A DNA stretch of 64,000 nucleotides, taken from NCBI GenBank assembly GCA_934693165.1, contig CAKUUX010000001.1, forward strand, positions 41,206 through 105,205, in the 5' to 3' direction. The stretch comes from an uncultured Candidatus Melainabacteria bacterium. GTDB taxonomy: Bacteria > Cyanobacteriota > Vampirovibrionia > Gastranaerophilales > Gastranaerophilaceae. Shown here piece by piece: positions 32,701 through 41,580 of this stretch. The position numbers and the translations under genes are program-made. The notes under the pieces are model-generated. The model had not been told where the DNA came from. It ran no database searches and was given only the letters and a program-made list of their open reading frames with translations. How positions within the stretch are numbered: position 1 is the stretch's first letter; the number at the start of each line of letters is the position of its first letter.

Positions 32701-33567
32701 ATGTTGGCTACATTGTTATATGAAAGACAAAAAACAGGTGATATCGTTCAAGGTCTTCCAAGAGTTGAAGAATTACTTGAAGGTAGAAAACCTAAAGATA
32801 GTGCAATTCTTGCTGAGTTTGACGGTAAAGCTATTATTGAAACAGATGATGATATGCCAAGATTGTATTTAGAAACTGAAGACGGTTCAAGAACTGAAAT
32901 CAAATTCGCAATTGATGCAAATATTATCGTTTCAAACGGTGAAAAGATTAAAAAAGGTCAACCATTAACAAGTGGTTCACTAAATCCTCATGACGTTATG
33001 AGATTATGTGGTCCAGAAGTTGCACAACAATATCTAGTAGATGAAGTACAACGTGTATATCGTTCACAAGGTGTAGAAATTGCTGATAAACACATTGAAA
33101 TCATCGTTCGTCAAATGACTAAGAAAGTTAAAGTTATCGAACCAGGTGATACAAAACTTCTTCCAGGCGAACTTGTTGAAATGCAAACATTTGAAAAAGA
33201 AAACAAGGAAGCAGTTGCGAACGGTTTACAAGCAGCAACTTGTGAATACATGTTATTAGGTATTACAAAAGCTTCATTGAATACTGAATCATTTATTTCA
33301 GCAGCTTCATTCCAAGAAACAACAAGAATTCTTACTGAAGCAGCTGTAGATGGTAAGAAAGACTTATTGAGAGGTTTGAAAGAAAACGTTATCATTGGTC
33401 GTCTAATCCCTGCAGGTACAGGTTACCATCACTTGACTCATGCAAATGAGGAAAAGGATAAAGAAGCACAAAGAAGAGCAGCAGCACGTAACCAAGCTAG
33501 AAAACCTTCTGCAATCTTAGAAGAAATTGAAGGTATGTTTGGCGCTCCTGACTTCACTATTGAGTAA
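29722..33567 (+). CDS. rpoC2: DNA-directed RNA polymerase beta-prime C-terminal portion with a large lineage-specific insertion.
   Basis: 1281 aa. It begins at the conserved G region ([16 protein letters not shown]), and has a long insertion between the trigger-loop segments. Its own SD is AAGGAT. Confidence 0.95.
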   Translation: MENMYTQTKNAPEFINKQMDKKALNKLLSQIYLEYGGAKAAELANTLKNLGYHYATKSGVTISISDLSVPESKKDLLNEAEAEIEKSTTRYLKGEITEVERYTKVIDTWSETTAKLTAQVVENFDRLNPVYMMAFSGARGNLSQVSQLVGMRGLMADAQGQIIDLPIKANFKEGLSCTEYIISSYGARKGLVDTALKTADSGYLTRRLVDVAQDVIIRDADCHGTKHIMLKSITDGGSVIVPLIDRLLGRTIAQDIVDEDGTVLVTANTTMGREDIEKIRHLNLEELAVRSGLTCELEYGVCQKCYGWAMTTQKLVDVGEAIGIIAAQSIGEPGTQLTMRTFHTGGVFKGSGAMKTVEAKDSGKISCKLKTREVRTRHGDVVKLSMYEVEAEIKGAKRTTKYHIPAGATIFFTDGQEVEKGFKLAEYEPVSQGDGSRLTEKATKDITSDLSGEVIFKDFIADEKKDRQGNISRTANKQGIVWVLGGDVYNLPSGSKLLVKDGQKMKEGEKLAETLTVCEHGGEVRIGQDLVIEETKFEGHKIKKIVQGKELTIVIASLMPSNATFEQTKKEQLWTVEATGEKYIVKSPVDTPVENGMIIAELINGDCSVESSGEIKYIDVEVDENQIITKSGDVVFIPEEVHQLSKDSALKMVESGSYVTAGTEIVKDVYCHLDGIVEIKEYNDVIHEAVIRPGQIHTLSSVSELKVEENEVIKKGTVIADGIKAKETSIVTVMDSEDDFADIDDLDEELDTSLSLDEENITDKPIQILVRPVKVIKIKPQEVSIKFDKTDDLIDIVPVTQLQYKDGARVRNLDGATLTRTSLVLQMQGYLSHLKGMVELDKNNNLKIVVLETLIVRREIEGNSKLNSSMQTELLVNHGDVIEPKTPVAKTQVLVINDGVASIKKAEEDARRLLLVCENFESKVAIKTKPLVKAGDMVKLDDLLSEGGDRSPVSGQVVSVSKSEVVVREGRPYLISPGTQLLVEENSLVLRGDMLATLLYERQKTGDIVQGLPRVEELLEGRKPKDSAILAEFDGKAIIETDDDMPRLYLETEDGSRTEIKFAIDANIIVSNGEKIKKGQPLTSGSLNPHDVMRLCGPEVAQQYLVDEVQRVYRSQGVEIADKHIEIIVRQMTKKVKVIEPGDTKLLPGELVEMQTFEKENKEAVANGLQAATCEYMLLGITKASLNTESFISAASFQETTRILTEAAVDGKKDLLRGLKENVIIGRLIPAGTGYHHLTHANEEKDKEAQRRAAARNQARKPSAILEEIEGMFGAPDFTIE

Positions 33568-33590
33568 TTCGATAGTTAATTGACAAAAAA

Positions 33591-33619
33591 GCAAGTTTGT
33601 TTCAAACTTGCTTTTTTTG
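33591..33619 (+). terminator. Rho-independent terminator after rpoC2.
   Basis: GCAAGTTTG-ttt-CAAACTTGC followed by TTTTTTTG. It lies inside the 5' end of the track ORF 33580..35403, so the true start of that ORF must be downstream. Confidence 0.8.
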
Positions 33620-33642
33620 TTTATAGTTGGTATTTTTATTTT

Positions 33643-35403
33643 ATGTTTAATCAAAATGTTTTATCTTTAAAAAAATGTAATCTTAACTTAGCTGACAAGT
33701 TGATTGGGCTTTCTTTTGACAAAGCAAGAGAAACTATTGATATTGCAAAGTCAGAGAGTGATGATGTTATTTTTATAAAAAATAATATTCCTCTTGAAAG
33801 TACAGTTAATCCTATAGAAGAGGCGTTTTATGAAGTACAATCTTCTATAAAATCTTCTATGGGGGCGTTTGATTTTATAATTATTTTTGGCTTAGGTGTT
33901 GGGTACATGCTAGATTATATTTTTGAAAAATATAATAGTAAAATTATTTTGGTTGAACCTGACATAAATGTTATGAGAACAGCTTTTGAGATGGTTGATT
34001 ATTCAAAATATCTTGAAAGTGGTCGTCTTTTTATGACTTGTAATTATGAAGATGTTTATAAATATCTTTCTAAAAAATATATTATTAATGATAAGGTCGA
34101 AATTGTATTTTTAAAACAATATATAAGTTTGTATGCAAATGATATAAAGTCTTTTACAGAAAAAATATATGAAACTTGTGCAGTGAAAATTTCTGATATA
34201 AACACAATTAAAAAAAATTCAGAAGCATGGGTGTCTTCAAGTATCAGATTTGTAAAAAATAGTGGTCAAACTTATCCAGTAAGTCTTTTAGACAAAAAAT
34301 TTGAGGGCAGAACGGCACTTGTGCTTGGTGCTGGCCCAAGTTTGAAGGATAACATTGACTATATTAAAAAATATTCAGATAGATTAGTTATTTTTGCAAT
34401 AAATAGAACTATAAATTTTTTACTAGAGTATGGTATTATTCCAAATTTTGCTATCTTTACTGATACTAAACATATTAAGAATACATTTAATTTTAATGCC
34501 CCTCAATTAAAAGATATAAACTTTGTTGTAGATATAAAAGCAGATGCTGAACTTTATAACGTTCTTAAAAAGCGTTGTTTTATATATTATCCTAATAATT
34601 TTGATTTAGCAAAAATTTTGGCTGAAAAGAACTCTTATATTCATCTGTACCAGACTGCTGGAACATCAACTTTTTGTGCTTTGATTTGCGCAAAAGAATT
34701 GGGTTGCAAAAATGTTATTTTATCAGGTGTTGATTTAGCTTTTAAGAACGATACTCCGTATTGCTCTGATTCTTATGCAGTTAATCTAAAAGTTGATAAG
34801 GACAAAGTTACAATTGGAAGTATGGAAAAAAAGATTGTTTTCGTTAAATCTGTTACAGGAGAACTTGTTAAAACAAGAGAAGATTATGAAATTTTTATTA
34901 AACAATTCCAAAATTTCTTTAAAGAAAATCCTCAGATAAAAGCTTATAATACATCAAGTTTTGGTGCTCAGATAGATGGTACTACAAATTTTAATTTTGA
35001 AGAAATTATGTCAAAAATTGAAATTCCTTTTGATAATAAATCTATAGAAGATATTATAAATGATACGTTATATAGAAGTGATTATAACCCTGTAGAACTT
35101 AAAAAAGAAGCTAGAAACATTGTGAGAAATGAAGAAGAATTAAACTTTGAAATAAGAGGCTCTATCAAAACTCTTTTAAATAGAGATGTTAACGATGAAG
35201 TTTTTTACGTTACTTCTTTTACTATTTTAGATAAAATTTCTAAAACTATATTTTTATCTCAACTTCTTCAATTTGAACTTTTAAATTGTACAAAATTAAT
35301 TTCACAAGAAAATACTGTTCAAAAAAGAGCAAGTTTTGAATTATTTTTAGAAGAAACTTTGAAAAAAGTAGACTTTTTAAATGTTAGACTTGCTGAGATT
35401 TAA
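33643..35403 (+). CDS. Motility-associated factor (Maf) family protein, DUF115-containing, a putative flagellin nonulosonic-acid glycosyltransferase.
   Basis: About 587 aa. It has the DUF115/MptE-like core (FDFIIIFGLGVGYML..IILVEPD; ALVLGAGPSLKDNIDYIKKYSDRLVIFAINRT; FAIFTDT). The start is reassigned to ATG 33643, downstream of the rpoC2 terminator. Confidence 0.65.
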   Translation: MFNQNVLSLKKCNLNLADKLIGLSFDKARETIDIAKSESDDVIFIKNNIPLESTVNPIEEAFYEVQSSIKSSMGAFDFIIIFGLGVGYMLDYIFEKYNSKIILVEPDINVMRTAFEMVDYSKYLESGRLFMTCNYEDVYKYLSKKYIINDKVEIVFLKQYISLYANDIKSFTEKIYETCAVKISDINTIKKNSEAWVSSSIRFVKNSGQTYPVSLLDKKFEGRTALVLGAGPSLKDNIDYIKKYSDRLVIFAINRTINFLLEYGIIPNFAIFTDTKHIKNTFNFNAPQLKDINFVVDIKADAELYNVLKKRCFIYYPNNFDLAKILAEKNSYIHLYQTAGTSTFCALICAKELGCKNVILSGVDLAFKNDTPYCSDSYAVNLKVDKDKVTIGSMEKKIVFVKSVTGELVKTREDYEIFIKQFQNFFKENPQIKAYNTSSFGAQIDGTTNFNFEEIMSKIEIPFDNKSIEDIINDTLYRSDYNPVELKKEARNIVRNEEELNFEIRGSIKTLLNRDVNDEVFYVTSFTILDKISKTIFLSQLLQFELLNCTKLISQENTVQKRASFELFLEETLKKVDFLNVRLAEI

Positions 35404-35470
35404 GGAATAATATAAATATATGATGAAAAAATAATCATAATTCTTTAAACTGTTAAAAAAGGATTTTCTT

Positions 35471-35734
35471 ATGAGTTTCAATTTTAACCCTGTTGGCAAT
35501 GAATTTAATCAACCAATAATCAAACAATCTTCAAGTGTTGGAGATGGTAGTGGTGGAAATACAGGGTATTTTCAACAAGAACAACAAGAAGAAGACGAAC
35601 AAGAACAAGAAAAAGATGAATTCGACAAAAGTATCTTCAATGAAGATGATGACGATTCATTTTTGCAAGAGAGCGATTCTGATTTGGCAAAAAAAATCTT
35701 TGACAAATTTAAAAAACTCTTTGGTAATAAATAA
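35471..35734 (+). CDS. Small, highly acidic, low-complexity protein, hypothetical.
   Basis: 87 aa with a Q/E/D-rich core (QQEQQEEDEQEQEKDEFD..EDDDDS) and an amphipathic basic C-terminus. The alternative frame 35535..35750 over the same purine-rich DNA is K-rich and judged less likely. Confidence 0.35.
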   Translation: MSFNFNPVGNEFNQPIIKQSSSVGDGSGGNTGYFQQEQQEEDEQEQEKDEFDKSIFNEDDDDSFLQESDSDLAKKIFDKFKKLFGNK

Positions 35735-35813
35735 AAATACTAAGGGGTAAATGGTTACACTAAATAATCTGTCTATTTAATTAAGAACATTTTGACCTCT
35801 AAAATAAACACTT

Positions 35814-36095
35814 TTAGGCTTTTCTTTTTTGGTATTTATATTTGATATGAAGACCAATATCTATTAGTAAGAAAAGCATGTTTAGTATGTACAAAATTAT
35901 TACCAAATCTGGGCTATATAAGACTTTGTGTATAATCCCGAAAACATAACCCAATAATATTAAAAATGAAAATCGTAAGCTTTTTCCGTCTACACTTTTT
36001 GCTTTAAATGTTTTGTAAGCTGCTATAGGCCAACTTGCCCCAAAACATACCATCATTCCTGCTTCAAAAATACTCATATCTTTTTCCTTTCGCAA
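35814..36095 (-). CDS. Small two- or three-transmembrane protein, hypothetical.
   Basis: 93 aa, hydrophobic with a basic C-terminus (KYKYQKRKA). No recognizable family. Confidence 0.3.
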   Translation of the reverse strand: MRKEKDMSIFEAGMMVCFGASWPIAAYKTFKAKSVDGKSLRFSFLILLGYVFGIIHKVLYSPDLVIILYILNMLFLLIDIGLHIKYKYQKRKA

Positions 36096-36177
36096 TTATA
36101 ATAAACCTAAATTGTCATAATTAAAAATACTAATTTTTAATTATAATTATAAGTTTTTCTTATGGTATAATTTTTTT

Positions 36178-37047
36178 ATGAATATAAATCAATTGAAATA
36201 CATAGTTACTATAGCTGAGGAATTGAATATAACAAAAGCATCTAAAAAGCTTTTTGTTTCGCAATCTTCTTTGAGTCAATGTATTAAAACTATTGAAAAA
36301 GAAATAGGTGCAAAAATATTCGAAACAAATATTACTCCTTTAAAACTAACTTATGCTGGTGAAATTTATATAAATTGGGCAAAAGAAGTTTTGACTTCTC
36401 AAGATGAGATGATGGAGAAAGTAAAAGAAATTTCTACTCAGAATAATGTTAGAATTATTGTGGGTGTTGCAACTCATAGAAGTATATATCTTTTACCACA
36501 GGTGATAAAAGAGTTTAGAAATTTGTATCCTCTTTCTTTTGTTGTTATAAAAGAATATCCGACGCCGATACTTCATAAGATGTTGGAAAATCAAGAACTA
36601 GATTTGCTTTTGGATGAAAGCAATATTGATTCTGTTTTGTATAATAGTGAATTGTTGATGAGGGAAGAAATTTACTTAGATATTCCAAAAAATTGTTCAT
36701 TAGAAAACGAAGAACTAGATTTAGCAGACTTAAAAGATTTTTCTTTTATAACACTTTCAAAAGAACAAATGTTGGGACGATTAGCAATTGATTTGTGTAA
36801 AAAATCTAAATTTGAACCAAATATTTTAGCTGAATGTAGAAATGTAGAAACGGCACATTCTCTTGTTGAACAGGGTTTAGGAGTAACTTTTATTCCTCAA
36901 CTGTTTGTTAAATATAATAACAATGTTAATTATAAAAAAATTAAAAATTATAGACCAACTAGAGATATTTGCGCAATTTATAGTAAAAAATGTGGAAAAT
37001 ATTTAGAAGATTTTGTTTCTATAATAAAAAATGTATTGAATAATTAA
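36178..37047 (+). CDS. LysR-family transcriptional regulator.
   Basis: N-terminal LysR HTH (LKYIVTIAEELNITKASKKLFVSQSSLSQCIKTIEKEIG) plus a periplasmic-binding-like effector domain. A perfect extended -10 (TGGTATAAT) sits 7 nt upstream of the ATG, so the transcript may be leaderless. Confidence 0.8.
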   Translation: MNINQLKYIVTIAEELNITKASKKLFVSQSSLSQCIKTIEKEIGAKIFETNITPLKLTYAGEIYINWAKEVLTSQDEMMEKVKEISTQNNVRIIVGVATHRSIYLLPQVIKEFRNLYPLSFVVIKEYPTPILHKMLENQELDLLLDESNIDSVLYNSELLMREEIYLDIPKNCSLENEELDLADLKDFSFITLSKEQMLGRLAIDLCKKSKFEPNILAECRNVETAHSLVEQGLGVTFIPQLFVKYNNNVNYKKIKNYRPTRDICAIYSKKCGKYLEDFVSIIKNVLNN

Positions 37048-37099
37048 ATATTAACTGATGTAAATAGCATGTATAATTTTTTGCATGTTTGATTTAGAA

Positions 37100-37286
37100 T
37101 ATAGGTAACAGATGAGGAAAGAAGGGGGAAGGTCCCACACTGGTCCGCAGCCGTATAGTCGGAATGCTTGTTTGTTTTACAACCTCGTGACAGGAAATAG
37201 AAATTAAAAGTTTAATTTTTAATTTCCCATTTCTGCTTTGACAAAGTAGGTTGCTGTGATATGCAAAAATTGTTAAGGAGAGAAAT
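37100..37286 (+). ncRNA. Candidate structured cis-regulatory leader (riboswitch-like) or small RNA upstream of a small ORF; class unassigned.
   Basis: About 190 nt of non-coding sequence downstream of a TGTATAAT box at 37070-37077. It is GC-rich for this genome (GAGGAAAGAAGGGGGAAGGUCCCACACUGGUCCGCAGCCGUAUAGUCGGAAUGC). It has direct GGUCC repeats, a local hairpin GCAGCCG-UAUAGU-CGGAAUGC, and a long-range GAGG...CCUC closure. An AT-rich hairpin (GGAAAT..AATTAAAA/TTTTAATT..ATTTCC) followed by a U-rich tract sits just before the SD of the 37287 ORF. Confidence 0.3.
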
Positions 37287-37511
37287 ATGATTAGCAAAAT
37301 TACACCAGTTTCTTTTAAAGGAACTACAGAACAACCAGCTGAGAATACTGAAACTCAAACTGTATCAACCATGCCGATTGCACAAGTTGAACCTCAAGTA
37401 GATACATTTACGAATAATAATAAAAAATCAGGTAATGGAAGTTTGTTCACTGGAATTATGGGTATTTTAGAAATGGTTAATACTCTTTTAAGCATGACAG
37501 CTAAAAAATAA
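37287..37511 (+). CDS. Small protein (74 aa) with a hydrophobic C-terminal tail, hypothetical.
   Basis: SD is AAGGAGAG. Polar N-terminal region and a C-terminal hydrophobic segment (SLFTGIMGILEMVNTLLSMTA). Confidence 0.4.
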   Translation: MISKITPVSFKGTTEQPAENTETQTVSTMPIAQVEPQVDTFTNNNKKSGNGSLFTGIMGILEMVNTLLSMTAKK

Positions 37512-37530
37512 CGCTTATAAAGTATAAAAC

Positions 37531-37562
37531 AAAAAACAGTTACATTTGTAACTGTTTTTTGT
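37531..37562. terminator. Bidirectional rho-independent terminator.
   Basis: AAAAAACAGTTACA-tt-TGTAACTGTTTTTTG. It is a perfect 10-bp stem flanked by an A-run and a T-run, located between the convergent 37287 ORF and csaB. Confidence 0.85.
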
Positions 37563-37579
37563 TATGTGTATTTGTTTTG

Positions 37580-38596
37580 TTATTTAAGAGTGTTTTCTAA
37601 ATAAGACCAATCAAATTCTTTTGAGTTAATAATTGTAAGTAACTGACTTCTATCAACATTTCTCATTAGATTAATGAAAAAGTCCATATTAACATCTGGT
37701 TTTATATTTGTATAAGGTAATTTCAAATCTTCTGCAAGTCTTTCAACTTTATAATCATAAGAAAGTGCCAAAGTTCTTATTCCGTATTTTGCGCATACAA
37801 GGCAGGCATGAAATCTCATTGCTATCATATATTTAAGACTTCTCATTAACTCAATTAATTGTTCAGGAGTCTTATTATAAACTACTTCTGTCTGCATATT
37901 TGGGTTTAAGCTTTTTAGTATGCCTTCAAAATGTGTACAAACTTCTTTATCCAATGCGTCTTGGAAAGAAAAGATTTGTATTTTTTTATTATAAAAATTT
38001 TGTTCAACTGATTTAGCAAGTTTTTGTAAAAAAGTTTCGCTCAAACCTTTAAAACTTCTAAGTTGAATACCGACAGTTTCTGTTGGAGTTGAACCTGCAA
38101 GTTTAAGGGCAAATAAAGGATCTACAACACGTTCTGTATTGATTCCCCATCCTCTCAATAGGAAAAGACTCTTATCATCTCTGACAGTCACGCAAGAGGC
38201 TTTTCTAAGAAGTTTTTTGCACCACATTTCACCAAGTTTGTTTTTGATAGGTCCAATGCCTTGAGCAAAAATCATTACCTTTTTATGGAAAAATTCTGCA
38301 ACAGAAATAACAAAAAGATAATAAAACAAACTCTTTACGCTAGTTGTATCTTGTAAAAGGCTTCCACCACCAGAGATTAAAATATCTGATTTCAAAATAG
38401 TTGTTATTACTTTTGGCAAGTCAAAACTTTTTACGGCATTAACTTTGTGCAATTCTTTTGTTTTTTCAGGATTTAGTGACAAAACTGTTATGTCAACTTT
38501 TTCTTCCTTAAGTTTATCGACAAGCACTTTTAAAATTGTTTCGTCGCCAAAATTATCGCTACCGTAATACCCTGATATAACAACCTTTTTTGCCAT
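37580..38596 (-). CDS. csaB: Polysaccharide pyruvyl transferase, CsaB-like.
   Basis: N-terminal VVISGYYGSDNFGDETIL matches the CsaB/PS_pyruv_trans signature. About 338 aa. Confidence 0.75.
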   Translation of the reverse strand: MAKKVVISGYYGSDNFGDETILKVLVDKLKEEKVDITVLSLNPEKTKELHKVNAVKSFDLPKVITTILKSDILISGGGSLLQDTTSVKSLFYYLFVISVAEFFHKKVMIFAQGIGPIKNKLGEMWCKKLLRKASCVTVRDDKSLFLLRGWGINTERVVDPLFALKLAGSTPTETVGIQLRSFKGLSETFLQKLAKSVEQNFYNKKIQIFSFQDALDKEVCTHFEGILKSLNPNMQTEVVYNKTPEQLIELMRSLKYMIAMRFHACLVCAKYGIRTLALSYDYKVERLAEDLKLPYTNIKPDVNMDFFINLMRNVDRSQLLTIINSKEFDWSYLENTLK

Positions 38597-38600
38597 TTGA

Positions 38601-39209
38601 TTAGCCTTTTAATTCTTTCATTATATTTTTTGTACGATTAGTAATTTCTGAGAAATTAAAACCTTGATACAAGTTTCTACCAACACCAACAGCTGTTGCT
38701 CCTGCTTTAATATAGTCAGGAACTTCTTCTAATTTGATGTTTCCCATTGGCATAATATTTAAGAATGGCATTGGTCTTAGTAAATCTTCTACGTATAAAG
38801 GTCCACCAAGAGCTGTGATTGGATAAATCTTAATTAAAGGAACTCTTGCTTTCCATGCTTGGTATGCTTCGTTTGCTGTTGAAGTACCTGCAATGAATGG
38901 AATTTGTGCATTCTTTGAAATCTTAACCATATTCATTTGGAAAATTGGTGAAGAAATAATTTTTGCGCCATGTTGAATAGCGTTTGTTGCTTGTTGTGCT
39001 GTTATAACACCACCTGCGCAAACTATCGCTTCTTGTGATATTTCTTGAATTGCATCATAAATTTCTGGGCTTTCAAGAGTTATTTCTAACATTTTTACGC
39101 CACCATCAATCAATGCTCTTGCAGTATCTTTTGTTTTTTGTGGGTCTGCACATCTAATGATTGGGTAAAGTTTTTCTTCTTTTAATAATTCGATTAAATT
39201 TGTTGCCAT
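38601..39209 (-). CDS. eda: 2-dehydro-3-deoxyphosphogluconate (KDPG)/4-hydroxy-2-oxoglutarate aldolase.
   Basis: Eda family motifs: LKEEKLYPIIR, GVKMLEITL, PLIKIYPITALGGPLYVEDL, MPMGNI. Confidence 0.8.
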   Translation of the reverse strand: MATNLIELLKEEKLYPIIRCADPQKTKDTARALIDGGVKMLEITLESPEIYDAIQEISQEAIVCAGGVITAQQATNAIQHGAKIISSPIFQMNMVKISKNAQIPFIAGTSTANEAYQAWKARVPLIKIYPITALGGPLYVEDLLRPMPFLNIMPMGNIKLEEVPDYIKAGATAVGVGRNLYQGFNFSEITNRTKNIMKELKG

Positions 39210-39263
39210 AGTAGTATCCTTTTTTTCAAATTTATTATATCATGAAATAAAATAAACGGAGTT

Positions 39264-41225
39264 ATGATGAAAAAGTTTAAACCACTAATAATTTTTATAG
39301 CTGTTATAGTTTTTATGTTCATTACGTATTTTATTTTCAACTTTTTTGTTGAACCAAAATTTTATAATGTAATGATGAATGGCATAGTAGCCGACAAGGC
39401 TGGTCATAGCGATACAGTTATTATAGTTATTGATGACAAATCAATTTCTAAACAACGTTGGCCATGGAAAAGAGATATGTATGCCAAAATGTTTAATTAT
39501 TTGGACAAATATACAAATGCTAAATTGATTGGTTTTGACTCAATTTTATCTTCTGTTGATAAAGATAATTTTAAGGCCGATTTAGAACTCTACAAATCTG
39601 TTGAAAAAAGTAATAAATTAGTTGTTGGTTTTGCTCCATTAATAAAAGCTTATTCTGATAAAACCATTGGTGATATGTATGACAAAGCTTTTGATGAAAA
39701 ATTTGGAATAAAGATAAATGATGAACGTTCTCAAAAAGCGAGAAGTCCATTTAAAAGTTTATCAATGTATCCAGAAGGATATTTCAAAGCTGCAAAAGAT
39801 GTTGGTTCTGTATATGTCGAACTTGATAGAGATGGCTATATAAGAACAATTCCTCAATTATTATCATACAAAGGTAAATTATATCCATCATTAGGTTTGA
39901 GAATGTATGCCAAATTGAATGGTATTACAGAATTTACTGTAACAGATAAATATATTACAAATAATAAAACCGATTTAAAAATCCCTGTTAATCAATCATA
40001 CACAGCAATGTTTAACTATATGCATTTTTATAAAACATTGCCTCAATCAGAATATTCAAGAAAAACATATTCTGCAATTGATATAGTTGACTCTTGGGAT
40101 AATATTCAAAAAGGTAAAAAACCTGTTATTGATCCAAAAGAATTCGATGGAAAAATTGTTTTTGTTGGTGCAAATGCAAAGGCTGCAGCGTTAGGATTGG
40201 AAGATGCTTTGCCAACTCCAATTCATCCGAAACACCCTGGGGTTGATATTCAGGCTACAAACTTAGATAATTTACTGTATGATGAATTTATTGTTCCAAC
40301 TCCTATTTTACAAGATTTTATCGTACAAGTTATTTTAATCTTAGCGACTTTCTTAATTGTAACTTATTACTCATTGTTTATGTCACTGGGTATTATCGCT
40401 CTTATGATGGTTGCATACATTGCTATTTGTATAACATTTTTTAAATTTAATGTTGCAATCAATGTAATAACTCCTCTTGCGCTTCAATTAATTACAATGA
40501 TTTTTGGTTATTCTTACAAATTTATTCTTGAAGCAAGAAACAAAGATAAAATTAAAGACGCAATGGGAAGATATATTTCTCAAGACGTTATGAGAAATGT
40601 CGTAAGCAATATTGATAACTTATCTCTTGGTGGAAAACGTTCTAATGTTACAGTTTTATTTGCTGATATTAGAGGGTTTACATCTATGAGTGAAAAGCTT
40701 ACTCCAGAAGAAATTTCACTAATTTTGAACGAATATTTTACAGAAATTGAACCTATAATTACAAAATACAATGGCGTAATCAACAAGTTTATTGGTGATG
40801 CTGTAATGGCAATCTTTGGTGAACCTATCCAAGACAAAAACCATGCTCTAAATGCTGTATTATGCGCAAATGCTATGCTTAAGAAGGTTAAACAATTACA
40901 AGAAAAATGGTTGTATGAAGGTAAACCAAAAATTGAAATTGGTGTTGGTATAAATACTGGTGATGCTTTCGTTGGTAATATTGGTTCTGAAAAACGTCTT
41001 GAATATACAGTAATTGGTGATACTGTTAACTTAGCCTCTCGTCTTGAAAGTTATAATAAAATCTACAAAACTAACTTCTTAATCAGTAGTTCAACATACG
41101 ACGAGGTTAAAGGTTATGTTGATGTTATTAAAATTTCAGAAGTTCAAATTCGTGGTAAAGCTAAAAAAATGAATATCTATGAAATTTTAAGGATTACAAA
41201 TAATGAAAAAAGTACTAATAGTTGA
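39264..41225 (+). CDS. CHASE2-domain class III adenylate/guanylate cyclase (membrane sensor cyclase).
   Basis: N-terminal transmembrane segment, a ~300-aa extracytoplasmic CHASE2-like domain, three transmembrane segments, then a cyclase catalytic domain (VTVLFADIRGFTSMSE...FIGDAVMAIFGEP...GINTGDAFVGNIGS..YTVIGDTVNLASRLES). Confidence 0.8.
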   Translation: MMKKFKPLIIFIAVIVFMFITYFIFNFFVEPKFYNVMMNGIVADKAGHSDTVIIVIDDKSISKQRWPWKRDMYAKMFNYLDKYTNAKLIGFDSILSSVDKDNFKADLELYKSVEKSNKLVVGFAPLIKAYSDKTIGDMYDKAFDEKFGIKINDERSQKARSPFKSLSMYPEGYFKAAKDVGSVYVELDRDGYIRTIPQLLSYKGKLYPSLGLRMYAKLNGITEFTVTDKYITNNKTDLKIPVNQSYTAMFNYMHFYKTLPQSEYSRKTYSAIDIVDSWDNIQKGKKPVIDPKEFDGKIVFVGANAKAAALGLEDALPTPIHPKHPGVDIQATNLDNLLYDEFIVPTPILQDFIVQVILILATFLIVTYYSLFMSLGIIALMMVAYIAICITFFKFNVAINVITPLALQLITMIFGYSYKFILEARNKDKIKDAMGRYISQDVMRNVVSNIDNLSLGGKRSNVTVLFADIRGFTSMSEKLTPEEISLILNEYFTEIEPIITKYNGVINKFIGDAVMAIFGEPIQDKNHALNAVLCANAMLKKVKQLQEKWLYEGKPKIEIGVGINTGDAFVGNIGSEKRLEYTVIGDTVNLASRLESYNKIYKTNFLISSSTYDEVKGYVDVIKISEVQIRGKAKKMNIYEILRITNNEKSTNS

Positions 41226-41580
41226 TGATTCAAGAAGTTGGGTTTCTTATCACAAAGAAAACTTGCTTTGTAATTACAAAGACATAGAAATTGATACAGC
41301 TCTATCAGCTAGAGATGCTTATGACTTGGTTTTTGGAATGACTTCTAATCCTTATGATTTAATCATAACAGATTTGCACATGGAGTATGATTTTGAACCT
41401 CTATATGCAGGTGAGTGGCTTATACAACAAATTCAACTTTTAAAACAATATTACAAAACAAAAATCTACATCTGTTCTGCAGCGTCTAATATAAAAATGA
41501 TTGCAGAAAGATATAACGTCGATTTTATTCCAAAACCTCTTGCTTCAAGAGATATAACTGTCTACGAAAATCTATTTTAA
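41203..41580 (+). CDS. Stand-alone response-regulator receiver (REC) domain protein.
   Basis: 125 aa. LIVDDS..DLIITDLHM carries the phospho-acceptor Asp. The gene overlaps the 3' end of the cyclase gene by 23 nt. Confidence 0.65.
   Translation: MKKVLIVDDSRSWVSYHKENLLCNYKDIEIDTALSARDAYDLVFGMTSNPYDLIITDLHMEYDFEPLYAGEWLIQQIQLLKQYYKTKIYICSAASNIKMIAERYNVDFIPKPLASRDITVYENLF

Noticed and set aside
30327-33395. Minus-strand ORFs inside rpoC2, and similar ones inside rpoB and rpoC1 (27031..27883, 28725..28955).
   Set aside because: These antisense ORFs lie within universally conserved RNA polymerase genes. They have no start context or homology.
35535-35750. K-rich 71-aa ORF in an alternative frame to the acidic 87-aa ORF.
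   Set aside because: It is the same purine-rich low-complexity DNA read in another frame. The 35471 frame has an AAGGA SD and starts first.
37094-37297. 67-aa minus-strand ORF over the candidate structured RNA region.
   Set aside because: It has no SD and a low-complexity product, and it lies antisense to a GC-rich structured leader. It is most likely non-coding.
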